A stretch of 64,000 nucleotides of DNA from Deltaproteobacteria bacterium. GTDB lineage: Bacteria > Myxococcota_A > Polyangia > Fen-1088. Under the pieces are notes generated by a model. The model was not told where the DNA came from, made no database searches, and was given only the letters and a program-made list of their open reading frames with translations. Shown piece after piece: positions 1 through 9,658 of the stretch; position 1 is the stretch's first letter; each line of letters starts with the position of its first letter. Where the stretch lies: positions 32,001-96,000 of the forward strand of contig JANRKS010000001.1 in assembly GCA_033763315.1 (NCBI GenBank). Reading direction: 5' to 3'. Position numbers and translations under genes: made by a program.

Positions 1-229
1 AAAGCGCGAACAACGCGCGTTGGCCTGTGCGATCGCCCGTGGCGGATTTGCGCAGCGACACAAAGCGCATGGCGGCTGCCCCGAACACGCTCAAGCATCC
101 AAGCGCCGTCAACGTCCATGCCAACGCGCCCACGGACAGCACGCGCTGCCCAACGAACACAAGGAACATGCCGCCGCCGTAGCCAATTGAGAGCGTGGGC
201 GAATGGGCTTTGTTTGTGGGTGCAATCAT
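1..229 (-). CDS. Partial (N-terminal 76 codons) membrane protein, probably the GldG-like auxiliary component of the ABC transporter
   Basis: ATG at 229 overlaps the TGA of the permease (ATGA). The frame is open to the window edge: MIAPTNKAHSPTLSIGYGGGMFLVFVGQRVLSVGALAWTLTALGCLSVFGAAAMRF, with hydrophobic segments. GldG identity is inferred only from the GldA-GldF-GldG gene order. Confidence 0.6.
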   Translation of the reverse strand, partial: MIAPTNKAHSPTLSIGYGGGMFLVFVGQRVLSVGALAWTLTALGCLSVFGAAAMRFVSLRKSATGDRTGQRALFAL

Positions 230-951
230 CGCCATCGTCGCGCCTCCAAAGAGCGAATCGCCAAGAACAAGGCGACGTAGCTGACCATGCCGTAATAGAG
301 GACGTCAGCGATACGCACGATGCCTAAAGTGAAACTTGTGAAGTGTCGGTGGTAAAGCGCCATTTCCAGCACCACCTCATTGATTGGATAATCGGTGACA
401 CGCGTGAGCAGCCAGCACGTTAAGAGCAGAACCACCATCACACCCGAGATGATGGCCGCCAGCACTTGGGTGCGCGCCAAAGTGGATCCCAAAGTGCCGA
501 TCGCCAGTGTGGCGCCGCCTAACAACAGCAGCCCGAGGTAGCCCGAAAACAGATGCCCCCAGGAAATTTTGCCGTGAACCAAGATCAGCAGCGGCATGTA
601 AACCGTGGCCAACGTCATCATCGACATAAACGTTACGCCGGATAGGTACTTGCCCAAGATGATGTCGCGGTCGCGCAAGGGCGACGACGTCAACAGCACC
701 AAGGTGCCCGTTTGCTTCTCTTCGGCCAGCAAGCGCATCGAGATCAACACGCTGGCCACCATGGTGGTGCCGCTTGAGAAATAGAAGAACTTCGTTAGCA
801 CATCCGCCGAACGACGATCGGGTTCGCCCAGCGCAAAGGCGTTGAACAGCAGGCCGTCGATCATCAGCACCAGCGCGAAAATCACATAGCCGCTGAGCGT
901 ACGGAAGTAGGCGCCTAGATCTCGCCCCGCAATCGTCAAGACGTTGTTCAT
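226..951 (-). CDS. ABC-2 type transporter permease (GldF-like)
   Basis: 241 aa, about 6 TM segments, MRLLAEEKQTGTLVLLTSSP and ILGKYL motifs; overlaps the ATPase stop. Confidence 0.85.
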   Translation of the reverse strand: MNNVLTIAGRDLGAYFRTLSGYVIFALVLMIDGLLFNAFALGEPDRRSADVLTKFFYFSSGTTMVASVLISMRLLAEEKQTGTLVLLTSSPLRDRDIILGKYLSGVTFMSMMTLATVYMPLLILVHGKISWGHLFSGYLGLLLLGGATLAIGTLGSTLARTQVLAAIISGVMVVLLLTCWLLTRVTDYPINEVVLEMALYHRHFTSFTLGIVRIADVLYYGMVSYVALFLAIRSLEARRWR

Positions 952-1907
952 GACAGCATCCCTTCCTGGGTCCCCGCGCTCTCCTTCTTCTTGGTCAACT
1001 CCAAGAAGATCTTCTCCAAGCGTGCGCGTCCGCGTTCAACACGCATCACGCGCCCACCCGCCGCCACCACGGCCGCCACGAGCTCAGGCCGGTGGTCACC
1101 GTCGGTGGTCACGACGAGCCGGGCCAGGCTATCTTGTTGCGGGCCCGTGGCCACGTTTAGAACCAGGGGCAAAGCGCGCAGCTTCTCCACAACTTGTGCC
1201 GTATCCCCTTCAAGATCAATCTCCACGTCGACCCGTGTGCCCATGGACGTGGCCAGCTGCTCTTCGGTGCCTTGGCGCACGATCTCGCCGGCTTGAATGA
1301 CGAGCAGCCGATCGCAGGTCTGCGAGATCTCCGCCAAAATGTGGCTGGAAATCAGCAGCGTGTGTTGACCGCGCAACCCTTTGATGAGGTTGCGCATCTC
1401 GACGATCTGCAGCGGGTCCAACCCGCTGGTGGGTTCATCAAGGATCAGCAGCGCGGGGTTGTGCACCAGCGCTTGCGCCACGCCCACGCGCTGCCGGTAA
1501 CCGTGCGAAAGCCGCCCCACGAGTTCTTTGTGCTTGTGTACGAGGCCTGTTTTTTCCTCGGCCGCGGCCACGGCGGATGCGGTGCCTCTTCGCGCCACGC
1601 CGCGCACGCGGGCCGCAAACGTCAGGTATTCGCCCACCGTCATCTCGTTGTAAAGCGGTGGCGTATCCGGCAAGAACCCGATGCGCTTGCGGATCTCGTG
1701 CGGGTTCGATAGGGCGTCCACACCGTCCACAACCACCGTGCCTGCCGTGGGCAGCAAGATGCAGCTGAGGATCTTAAGCGTGGTGGTTTTCCCGGCGCCG
1801 TTGAGCCCGAGAAAACCAATCACTTCACCCGACGCGATGTCGAAATCAAGCTGCCGAATGGCCGCGTGGTCACCATAGTACTTGGTAAGGCCTCGTACTT
1901 CGATCAT
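948..1907 (-). CDS. ABC transporter ATP-binding protein (GldA-like)
   Basis: Walker A GLNGAGKTT, signature LSHGYRQR, Walker B LILDEPT, SSH switch. Start moved to ATG 1907 (MIEVRGL), downstream of GGGAGG. Confidence 0.9.
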   Translation of the reverse strand: MIEVRGLTKYYGDHAAIRQLDFDIASGEVIGFLGLNGAGKTTTLKILSCILLPTAGTVVVDGVDALSNPHEIRKRIGFLPDTPPLYNEMTVGEYLTFAARVRGVARRGTASAVAAAEEKTGLVHKHKELVGRLSHGYRQRVGVAQALVHNPALLILDEPTSGLDPLQIVEMRNLIKGLRGQHTLLISSHILAEISQTCDRLLVIQAGEIVRQGTEEQLATSMGTRVDVEIDLEGDTAQVVEKLRALPLVLNVATGPQQDSLARLVVTTDGDHRPELVAAVVAAGGRVMRVERGRARLEKIFLELTKKKESAGTQEGMLS

Positions 1908-2003
1908 AGGTTGCTGCCGTCCTCCCACAAATCCGCCTAATTCCTCGACAGTTCGAGGACGGCGCTTTAGGAAGCGGCGCAACCGCAGGCGGGGCTCGCG
2001 CGG

Positions 2004-2306
2004 CTAGTCGGCGAAGTCGTAAACGACCACGCGCTCGTAGTTTGGCTTGAGCGCTTTTTCTATAAATTCGATGTGCAACGGGTGCTTTTGATAAGCGATT
2101 TCGGCTGCCTTGTCGGCGACCTGGATGTACAAGCCCACTTGGTAGCTTTGGTCCACCACCGGTCGATCGCTTGGCACCATCTTGCCCGCGTGAAACACGG
2201 AGACCCCTGGGATGGGCGCCAAGTATCCGCGCATCCCCGCCAAAATGTTTTCAGCCGCGTTGGGCACGCCGGGCTTTGTCCAGAAAATCACCACATGAGA
2301 CAGCAT
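2004..2306 (-). CDS. Dabb family (stress-responsive A/B barrel) protein
   Basis: MLSHVVIFW start, YQKHPLH motif, C-terminal VVYDF. Confidence 0.8.
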   Translation of the reverse strand: MLSHVVIFWTKPGVPNAAENILAGMRGYLAPIPGVSVFHAGKMVPSDRPVVDQSYQVGLYIQVADKAAEIAYQKHPLHIEFIEKALKPNYERVVVYDFAD

Positions 2307-2351
2307 GGGGCGGTAGCGTAGTGCAACTTTGGCGCCTTGGCCGGCCCAAAT

Positions 2352-5300
2352 TCAGGCATCGGCCAGGTTGTCGCGCCACGTTTGCAGTTGGCTCTGCATG
2401 GGGGTGGGTGTGATCTCGGCCAGCTTGAGCGCGTGATCAAGGGCCTGCCTTGCCACGTCGGGGCGTTTGCGGCGTGCCGCCGCCATGGCGCGGATGGCCC
2501 AGACTTCCATCGGTTCGAGCTGCACCGAGAACTCCTTGGAGCGAGCGAGCACGGCGTCCCACTCCTCATCCGTGGCATCGCGGGTGGCGAGGTCGACGGC
2601 ATCAAAAAGCACCGCGTCGGACGGCATGTAATGCAACTCGTTTGGCGTGCCTTTGGCGGCGTCCATGCGGCGCTGTGCTTCCTGCAAGAAAGCGCGTGCC
2701 CCTTCTTCATCGCCCATGGCGATTTTCGCCCGTGCGCTAAGCAACGCCATCAAAAGCGAAGGATACGGGCTGACGCCAGACATGCGGTCCGACAGCGCCG
2801 TGTTTTGTGCGGCGTATCGCAGCGCCGCCTCAAGATCGCCCGACACCAGTGACACCTCGGCCAGGTTGTGGATGAGGTTGGATTCAAGCGACGAAAAACA
2901 GTTCTCGCGCGCCAGACGCAGCGCCTTCTCGAAATCGACGCGGATCTGTTGATAATTGGACTGTGGCAACCACACGTAAACGAGGTTGTTCAGCGTCGAC
3001 ACTTCATGGATGGCGTCGCGCGTTTTGGCGCAAATCTCAAGCAGTTCGTTGAGGACGGTCAGCGCTTCATCGAGCCGGCCCAAAGATCCCAAAGCGGCGC
3101 CCAGGACCGTCAACGCATCAACGCGCGTTTCATAACCAACATCACCCAGGGGGCCCGCCAGTTGGGCGCTTTCGTAATAAAGCGGAATGGAGCCCTCGAC
3201 ATCGCTGAAGCGGTACAGGCTGCGCGCTTTGGCCATCAGAACGCGCGCGCGCATCAGCGGATTGTTTGCATCGGGCAGCAATGACTCCGCTTCGGCGGCG
3301 CGCTCTTTCGATTGCTCGTAGTAGTGCAGAAAATCTGCCGCCGCGGCCATCTCAAGCGCGATCTCGAACTGCATGTTTCGGTCTTCGCGTTGTTTCGCCA
3401 TGGCGTAAGCCTCAGTGAGGCCGGCCAGCGCGCGATCATACTGCCCCACGCGCAAAAGCATTGTGGCGTGTGACAGAAGCACCGGAAGCAAGCGTTCCGT
3501 GTCTTGCGGATCGATCTGCGTCCGTGCCTGTGCATATAGGTTTGAGGCATCAAGATACGAGTGCCGTTGGCGGGCGTTGTCACCCAAGCGCACAAACAGG
3601 GCGGCGGCCTCTTGGCGTAGCCCTGCGCGGGCCGCGTGGTAAGCCAACCTTGGCAGCTTCTCGTCGTCAGGCGCTTGCGAGTGCGCAAAATAAAAGCGAT
3701 ATGCCAACGCGTGAATGATCTGCCGGTTCGCTTCAGGAACCAGGCTGTAGGTGGCGTCGCGCAAAACGCCGTAGCGGAAGGAGAAGCGCCCACTGCGGTG
3801 GCGAACCAAAATGTTGGCGTCCACCAAGCGGCGCATGCCCACGTTTGCGTCAAGCTGGGTTTCGATGGGCGTGCCTTCCTCTTCGGCCAACACGATCACG
3901 CCTTCGAGCTCAATGTCGGATAGGTCGCTGCCCAAGATCGCCGCCATGCGTGCGTGACCTGCCAAATCAGGCGGCAGAGCCTCAATTTCGCGCGTGGCCA
4001 ACCACTGCACCACGGGCGAATCTGGCAACTGATCAATGGCTTCCACCTCAAGTCGGTACTCGCCTTTGGACGATTGCTTGATCGCGCCGTCGCGCTTCAA
4101 GCTGCGCACCAACTCCACCAACATCAGGGGGTTGCCTTGCGTGCGGCTCACCAACTTTTGCAAAGCGGCTGTGGGAATGTTCTCCACGGGCTGCAATAAA
4201 ATGCGCGCCAGCAAGATCGCATCCTCATTGCGCAGCGGTGCGAGGTTCAACGTTGGGTTCGTGGCGGCGCGCGCACCTAACAAAGGACGGCCCATCAACA
4301 ACGACGGGCGCGTGAGCACGCACACCCAAACCGCCGCTTGAGCCTCTTTCAAGGTTGCGTATTCAAGACCATCGAGCAGCGTCTCGTCGGCAAGGTGCGC
4401 GTCGTCGGCCACCACAACGATCGGCCGTTTCTTGGCAGCCAAACGCAGCGCTTCGCCGGTGGCGCGAGCGATCGCGGCACGTAAGGCGCCAGGGGCGGAC
4501 AACAAGTCTTTCAGATCAGGCTCATCCAGCCCCACCCAGTTCAATGCCAACGCGGGCGCGGCCCACGATGGATCGCCGTCAGGTAAACCGAAATGCTGTG
4601 ACAGCACCGCACGACCTTTGTCGTCAGGAACGTCGCGTTGCAGGCCCAAGGCCCAGCGCAAAAGATCGGCAACGTTGCGGCTTTGGCCACCATCAAGACC
4701 TTCTTGGCAGCGAAACGCACACACATCCGCCTGCGGTAGCTTCTGTGTGAGGCCCGCGGCGAGGGCCGACGCCAGTTCGCTTTTTCCCATGCCGCCTTCG
4801 GCGATCACGGTGGCGATCGTCGGTACTTGGTTGGTGGCGGTTTGTGTGGCCGACGCGAACAGTTGCTCAAGTTCAACGTCGCGTCCCACGAAGGCGTGCC
4901 GCACAACACCCACGGACGTAAGTTCGCGTTGCTCGGCCTGCAGCAGTTGATGCAGGTCAGTGCCTGGCATCGACGTGGCCTCAAGCTGTGGCACCAAATC
5001 GAGCGCGGCTTGCGTGAGATAAACCCCGGCCTCAAACGTATCGGCAAGATATCGATCTTTGCGCGTGAAGGCCGCACTCACGAAGCGACGCTGCCCATTG
5101 GGCCGCACTTGCATAAGGACGTTGAACGCGTCGACGATGGCGCGATCGCACAGCCCCAGTTCGAGCGCACGTTGGGCAGCGGTGGCGGCCAGACGCACGG
5201 GGTTGTCCGAACTTTCATGATCAAATGCCACCACGATGCCCAAGGCCGGGCTTGCCGAGGCAAGCTCGCCGCCCAAGCGTTTGGCTTCAGCGGGGCCAAC

Positions 5301-6392
5301 CGCCTGACCCTCTTTAGGTTTGAAGAACAGCAGCCCCATCGGCCGCTGTTCGGCTTTAGCTTTGGGCGCCGCAGGCGCTGCCGGTGCCCCCGGGGTCAGC
5401 GATGGCATGGCCAACGTTTCGCGCGTGAGCGAACTGGTCATGGCCATGTGTTCACCCGTGGCCAGCAAGGGCGCGTCCCAAACCTCACGCAGCGCTACGA
5501 GAAGCGCGCGCGCGTTCTCGAAGCGACGCTCGCGATCCTTCGATAAACACTGCAAGACAACCGCTTCCACCTTTTGTGCGACGCCTACGCGGCGGGCGAA
5601 CACCGGCGGACGGCGGCTGCGATGGCCCTCTCGCATGTCGGCGGCGGTGCCTGCAAAAGGTAAACAGCCGGCGAGCATCTCGTAGAGCAAAACACCCAAC
5701 GAATAGACGTCGGCGCGCGGATCCATCGAAAGATCTGCCGCGTCTTGCTCGGGCGCCATGTATTCGGGTGTGCCCTCGCGCGCCGAATCGGGATCCGCCG
5801 CTTGGCCGGTGGGCGCTGACAACCCAAAGTCGAACACACGCACGTTGACCTGCGTGCCGCTGCCCGCAAGGAAGAAGTTTTCTGGTTTAACGTCGCGGTG
5901 GACGATGCCGGCCTGGTGAACGGCGGCCATCGCTTCAAGCAGTGGGTTGAAAACGGAGGCGACGCGGTCCACCGTCCAATGCCCCGGCATCTGCTCCATC
6001 ACGTCCGACAGCACAGGCGCACTGACGAACTCGAGTGCTAAGTACGGGCTGCCATCAGCCGCCGTGCCCTCGCCGATGAATTCGGGAGCGTAAGGGGCAG
6101 GCACCGTGCGCAAGGCCCAGATCTCCTGCGCCAAACTTTTGCGAGCCGCGGGGTTGTCGGCCAGCGCCAACTTGAGGGCCACCGTGAGCCCATCGGCTTC
6201 GCGTTGGGCCTTGTAGACAGCGCCAAAGCCACCTTGGCCGAGCAGCTTTTGAACCGCGTATCCCTCGACAACTGGCAGCGGTGGGCGCGGTGGAGGTGGT
6301 CCCCCTTCTTCAGGCAAAGGCTGTGGGCCATGCGTCGCGCACACGGGGTCGTGTGGCGATAACCGGCAACCGCAAACGGCGCAGCGAACCAT
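2352..6392 (-). CDS. Large cytoplasmic Ser/Thr kinase with AAA/STAND ATPase and TPR region
   Basis: N-terminal CxxC..CxxH; kinase motifs GQGGFG, ALK, HRDVKPEN, DFG, GTPEYMAPE; FVGRDVEL then P-loop AEGGMGKS, Walker B DDAHLAD, GNPL; helical TPR-like C-terminus. Confidence 0.88.
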   Translation of the reverse strand: MVRCAVCGCRLSPHDPVCATHGPQPLPEEGGPPPPRPPLPVVEGYAVQKLLGQGGFGAVYKAQREADGLTVALKLALADNPAARKSLAQEIWALRTVPAPYAPEFIGEGTAADGSPYLALEFVSAPVLSDVMEQMPGHWTVDRVASVFNPLLEAMAAVHQAGIVHRDVKPENFFLAGSGTQVNVRVFDFGLSAPTGQAADPDSAREGTPEYMAPEQDAADLSMDPRADVYSLGVLLYEMLAGCLPFAGTAADMREGHRSRRPPVFARRVGVAQKVEAVVLQCLSKDRERRFENARALLVALREVWDAPLLATGEHMAMTSSLTRETLAMPSLTPGAPAAPAAPKAKAEQRPMGLLFFKPKEGQAVGPAEAKRLGGELASASPALGIVVAFDHESSDNPVRLAATAAQRALELGLCDRAIVDAFNVLMQVRPNGQRRFVSAAFTRKDRYLADTFEAGVYLTQAALDLVPQLEATSMPGTDLHQLLQAEQRELTSVGVVRHAFVGRDVELEQLFASATQTATNQVPTIATVIAEGGMGKSELASALAAGLTQKLPQADVCAFRCQEGLDGGQSRNVADLLRWALGLQRDVPDDKGRAVLSQHFGLPDGDPSWAAPALALNWVGLDEPDLKDLLSAPGALRAAIARATGEALRLAAKKRPIVVVADDAHLADETLLDGLEYATLKEAQAAVWVCVLTRPSLLMGRPLLGARAATNPTLNLAPLRNEDAILLARILLQPVENIPTAALQKLVSRTQGNPLMLVELVRSLKRDGAIKQSSKGEYRLEVEAIDQLPDSPVVQWLATREIEALPPDLAGHARMAAILGSDLSDIELEGVIVLAEEEGTPIETQLDANVGMRRLVDANILVRHRSGRFSFRYGVLRDATYSLVPEANRQIIHALAYRFYFAHSQAPDDEKLPRLAYHAARAGLRQEAAALFVRLGDNARQRHSYLDASNLYAQARTQIDPQDTERLLPVLLSHATMLLRVGQYDRALAGLTEAYAMAKQREDRNMQFEIALEMAAAADFLHYYEQSKERAAEAESLLPDANNPLMRARVLMAKARSLYRFSDVEGSIPLYYESAQLAGPLGDVGYETRVDALTVLGAALGSLGRLDEALTVLNELLEICAKTRDAIHEVSTLNNLVYVWLPQSNYQQIRVDFEKALRLARENCFSSLESNLIHNLAEVSLVSGDLEAALRYAAQNTALSDRMSGVSPYPSLLMALLSARAKIAMGDEEGARAFLQEAQRRMDAAKGTPNELHYMPSDAVLFDAVDLATRDATDEEWDAVLARSKEFSVQLEPMEVWAIRAMAAARRKRPDVARQALDHALKLAEITPTPMQSQLQTWRDNLADA

Positions 6393-6597
6393 CAGCTTAC
6401 CAATGTAGAGCGTTTTGCCGCTTTGCGCATCAGACCCACCACCCGAGGGCTTGATTTCGGCAAGATAAGACTGTGACTTGAGTGGGAGAACCTGTGCGTT
6501 TCAAATCATTCCTGTTGCCGACGGGCGCCCAATGGGCGCAAAGCGCGGGCCCCGTTCGAGTTTCTCAGCCAAACTGACGAAAACGAAACGAGCCTAA

Positions 6598-8181
6598 GTG
6601 ACATCACCGTCCACATACGCACTCACCCGGCTTTGCGCGAACTGTGGCTTCCGCCTGGAGGCGTCGCTGTTGCGCTGCCCCATCGACGGCCTGACTCTGG
6701 CTCCGGCGTCTGAAAACAACGCGATGTTGGGGCCCTATCGTCTTTTGCGGCGTTTGGGTCGCGGCGGCATGGGCGTGGTGTACGAGGCCGAAAACCAACG
6801 CTTGGGCCGCACCGTTGCCATCAAGCTGCTTCACCGCGCGCTGCGATCCGATCAAGTGGTTGTGGATCGGTTTTTCCTTGAGGCGCGCGCCGTCAATACG
6901 ATCCGACACCCGCACGTGGTGCAAACGTATGACCTGGTGGCGGACCCGCAGGATCTGTACATGGTGATGGAGTATTTGGAGGGTGATGATCTCGCCCACC
7001 TGCTGTCCAAATCGGCCGGGCAACCGTGGCCGGTGGCGCGGGCGGTGCACGTGCTGGAACAAATCTGCGGCGCTCTGCAAGTCACCCATCGCCGTGGCAT
7101 CGTGCACCGCGATCTCAAGCCGGCAAACATCTTCCTTACGCGGGCCCATGGCAAAGAAGACTATGTGAAGGTGCTGGACTTCGGCATCGCCAAGCTGGGG
7201 GCGGGAGGCAAGCTCACGCAGGAAGGGCTGACGATGGGCACCCCCGAGTACATGTCGCCCGAGCAAGTGCGCGGCGAAGACATTGATGGCCGATCGGATC
7301 TGTACGGCTTGGCGTGCATTGCCTTTGAGTTGTTGACTGGTTACCAGCTGTTTGGCGGTGGCTCTCAAACGGATGTCATGCTTTCGCAGCTTCACACTCC
7401 GCCGCAAAGCCTGCGGCGTTTCAACAAAGACATTCCGGCCGCGTTGGACGCTGTGATTTTGCGCTGCCTCGCCAAAGACGCATGGGATCGGCCGAGCACC
7501 GCTTATGAAATGGCGCGGGCTTTGGCCGAGGCGGTGGGGCTGCCGTTCGACGTTTCAGGGGCTTTTGCCGCGCTCACGCCGTCGAGCTTGCCCAAGCTAT
7601 CGGATGGCCGGCGGCCCACAACAGGCGCGCTGCCTCCGGTGGCCGGCTTGCGCGAACCGTCAGGTGGGGATGAGGACGAGCTGCCTCGTCGTCGGTGGAT
7701 GCGCTCCCTGACTCAGGCTTTGCCCGTGGCCGTGGTGCTCTTCGTTGTGGGAGGCGTGGTGGCGTGGCGGTCGCGCGCGGCCGCCCCCCCGGCCGATCCC
7801 GGCCCCGCCGCTGTGAACGTGCAGGTGCAATCGCAGCCCGCCGGCGCCGAAGTGATTGATGTGGCCACGCACCAGACGTGGGGCTTCACTCCCTTGCAGC
7901 GCCAGTTGCTGCCGGGAAGCCAACAGAGCGTTCAAATTCGACACGCCGGCTTCGTGCCCGCGGTGCAAACGTTCACGGTGGAAAGCGGTGGCGTCGTGGC
8001 CGTGGCTTTGGTGCCTGAACGTCCGGCGGTTGTGCCACCGCCGGCGGCTGCGCCTTCGCCGCCCGCGGAACCGGCGCCCCCGCGGGTTCACAAGCGATCT
8101 TTGCCGCAAACGCCGCCCGCCAAGGATTCGCCGCCGACGCGCGTGGGCACCAGTGGCACAATCGATCCATTCGCCCCCTAA
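6598..8181 (+). CDS. Membrane Ser/Thr protein kinase with PEGA-like extracytoplasmic domain
   Basis: GRGGMG, AIK, HRDLKPAN, DFG, GTPEYMSPE; one TM helix (LPVAVVLFVVGGVVAW); VQSQPAGAEV...GFTP PEGA-like segment; Pro-rich tail ending TIDPFAP. Confidence 0.9.
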   Translation: MTSPSTYALTRLCANCGFRLEASLLRCPIDGLTLAPASENNAMLGPYRLLRRLGRGGMGVVYEAENQRLGRTVAIKLLHRALRSDQVVVDRFFLEARAVNTIRHPHVVQTYDLVADPQDLYMVMEYLEGDDLAHLLSKSAGQPWPVARAVHVLEQICGALQVTHRRGIVHRDLKPANIFLTRAHGKEDYVKVLDFGIAKLGAGGKLTQEGLTMGTPEYMSPEQVRGEDIDGRSDLYGLACIAFELLTGYQLFGGGSQTDVMLSQLHTPPQSLRRFNKDIPAALDAVILRCLAKDAWDRPSTAYEMARALAEAVGLPFDVSGAFAALTPSSLPKLSDGRRPTTGALPPVAGLREPSGGDEDELPRRRWMRSLTQALPVAVVLFVVGGVVAWRSRAAAPPADPGPAAVNVQVQSQPAGAEVIDVATHQTWGFTPLQRQLLPGSQQSVQIRHAGFVPAVQTFTVESGGVVAVALVPERPAVVPPPAAAPSPPAEPAPPRVHKRSLPQTPPAKDSPPTRVGTSGTIDPFAP

Positions 8182-8183
8182 GC

Positions 8184-9620
8184 ATGGATCAACAATCGTC
8201 TGTGTCCCCAGCGCTTGAGCCTACGTCCCAATCCGGACCGCAGGTGGGCGATTTGGTGGGAGCCTATCGTTTGGTGCGGCTGTTGGGCCAGGGCGCCACG
8301 GGCAGTGTGTTCGAGGTGGAGCACACCAAGATTGGGCGTCGGGCGGCGATGAAGGTTTTGACGGGCGAACACGCCACGCGTCCGGGGGCCGTGCGCCGCT
8401 TGTTCCAAGAAGCACAGGCCGTCAACCGCATCAAGCACCCGAACATTGTTGACGTGACGGACCTGATCGAAGGCGGCGCTGACGGGGTCAACGCCATCGT
8501 GATGGAATTGCTTGAAGGGGAGTCTTTGGCGCAGACCATGTTACGGCAGGCGCCGTTGCCCGGGCCGCGTGTGTTGGCGATCTTGCGGCAGGTCACGGAC
8601 GCCCTGGCAGCCGCCCACGGCGCCTATTTCGTTCACAGGGATCTAAAGCCTGAAAACGTGTTTCTCGTGGGGCGCGGGGACGTGGTGAAGCTGCTCGATT
8701 TTGGTCTAGCGAAAGTCGTGGATGGCGCCGGCCCGGCAATGCCCGCGCCCCAAGGCATCGGCCGCGGCTCTTACCACACGGTCGAAGGCACATTCGTTGG
8801 CACCCCGGCCTATTCATCGCCGGAACAGGCGTCTGCCAAACGCGTGGATCACCGAACGGATCTGTACTCACTGGGTGTGATCCTTTACGAGTTGCTGTCT
8901 GGCCGTTTGCCATTCGAAGGCCGCAACTTCGGCGAGTTTTTGGTGAAGCACTTGACCATGCCCGTGCCCGCGATTGCGCGGTCCCGGCTGCGAACGCCGC
9001 TGCAACGCCAGTTGGCGGCGATCGCTTATAAATGCCTAGAAAAGCAGCCTGAAGATCGCTTTGCCTCCGCTGGCGACGTTGGTGCCTTGCTGGACGCGTT
9101 GGCGGCGGGAACACCTGTGACCATCCCGGCCGCCAAGGTCGTCAAGCACGCGGCCGCCACGGGCAAACAGCGGCGGCCTTACGTCATTGTGGCGGCAAGC
9201 CTGCTCCTGCTATCGACCGTGGTGGTTGTATCCTTGCAGCGACGACAGGCACCGCCGCCGGCCATTGCCCCCAGGCAGATCATGGTTTCGTTTCAGTCCG
9301 ACCCGCCAGGGGCGGAAGTGCGACGTGTGGGGCAAGGCACCGTCTTGGGCCGAACGCCGGTGCGGCTGGCGCTGCCAAACCAAGAGGCACAGCTTCAGTT
9401 CGAATTCCGCTTGGCGGGGTTTGCCAGCCAGCGCGTGGACGCCACCGCGGGCCGCGACCAAAGTTTGAGAGTGAAACTGGCGCCGGCTTTGCCCCCGGCT
9501 CCGGCGGTTGAGGCCGCCGAGCCCACCCCACCCCCGCCTAAGAAAGCCCACCGGGCGCCCCCCAGAGGCTCCCGGATCCCGGGAGCCCGGGGGTTGACGG
9601 TCGATCCGTTCGTACCTTGA
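8184..9620 (+). CDS. Membrane Ser/Thr protein kinase with PEGA-like extracytoplasmic domain
   Basis: GQGATG, AMK, HRDLKPEN, DFG, GTPAYSSPE; one TM helix (YVIVAASLLLLSTVVVVSL); FQSDPPGAEV...GRTP PEGA-like segment; Pro-rich tail ending TVDPFVP. Confidence 0.9.
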   Translation: MDQQSSVSPALEPTSQSGPQVGDLVGAYRLVRLLGQGATGSVFEVEHTKIGRRAAMKVLTGEHATRPGAVRRLFQEAQAVNRIKHPNIVDVTDLIEGGADGVNAIVMELLEGESLAQTMLRQAPLPGPRVLAILRQVTDALAAAHGAYFVHRDLKPENVFLVGRGDVVKLLDFGLAKVVDGAGPAMPAPQGIGRGSYHTVEGTFVGTPAYSSPEQASAKRVDHRTDLYSLGVILYELLSGRLPFEGRNFGEFLVKHLTMPVPAIARSRLRTPLQRQLAAIAYKCLEKQPEDRFASAGDVGALLDALAAGTPVTIPAAKVVKHAAATGKQRRPYVIVAASLLLLSTVVVVSLQRRQAPPPAIAPRQIMVSFQSDPPGAEVRRVGQGTVLGRTPVRLALPNQEAQLQFEFRLAGFASQRVDATAGRDQSLRVKLAPALPPAPAVEAAEPTPPPPKKAHRAPPRGSRIPGARGLTVDPFVP

Positions 9621-9658
9621 TCTCGGGCCGCCACCGGACGATGTAAGCTGCGTCAGCC

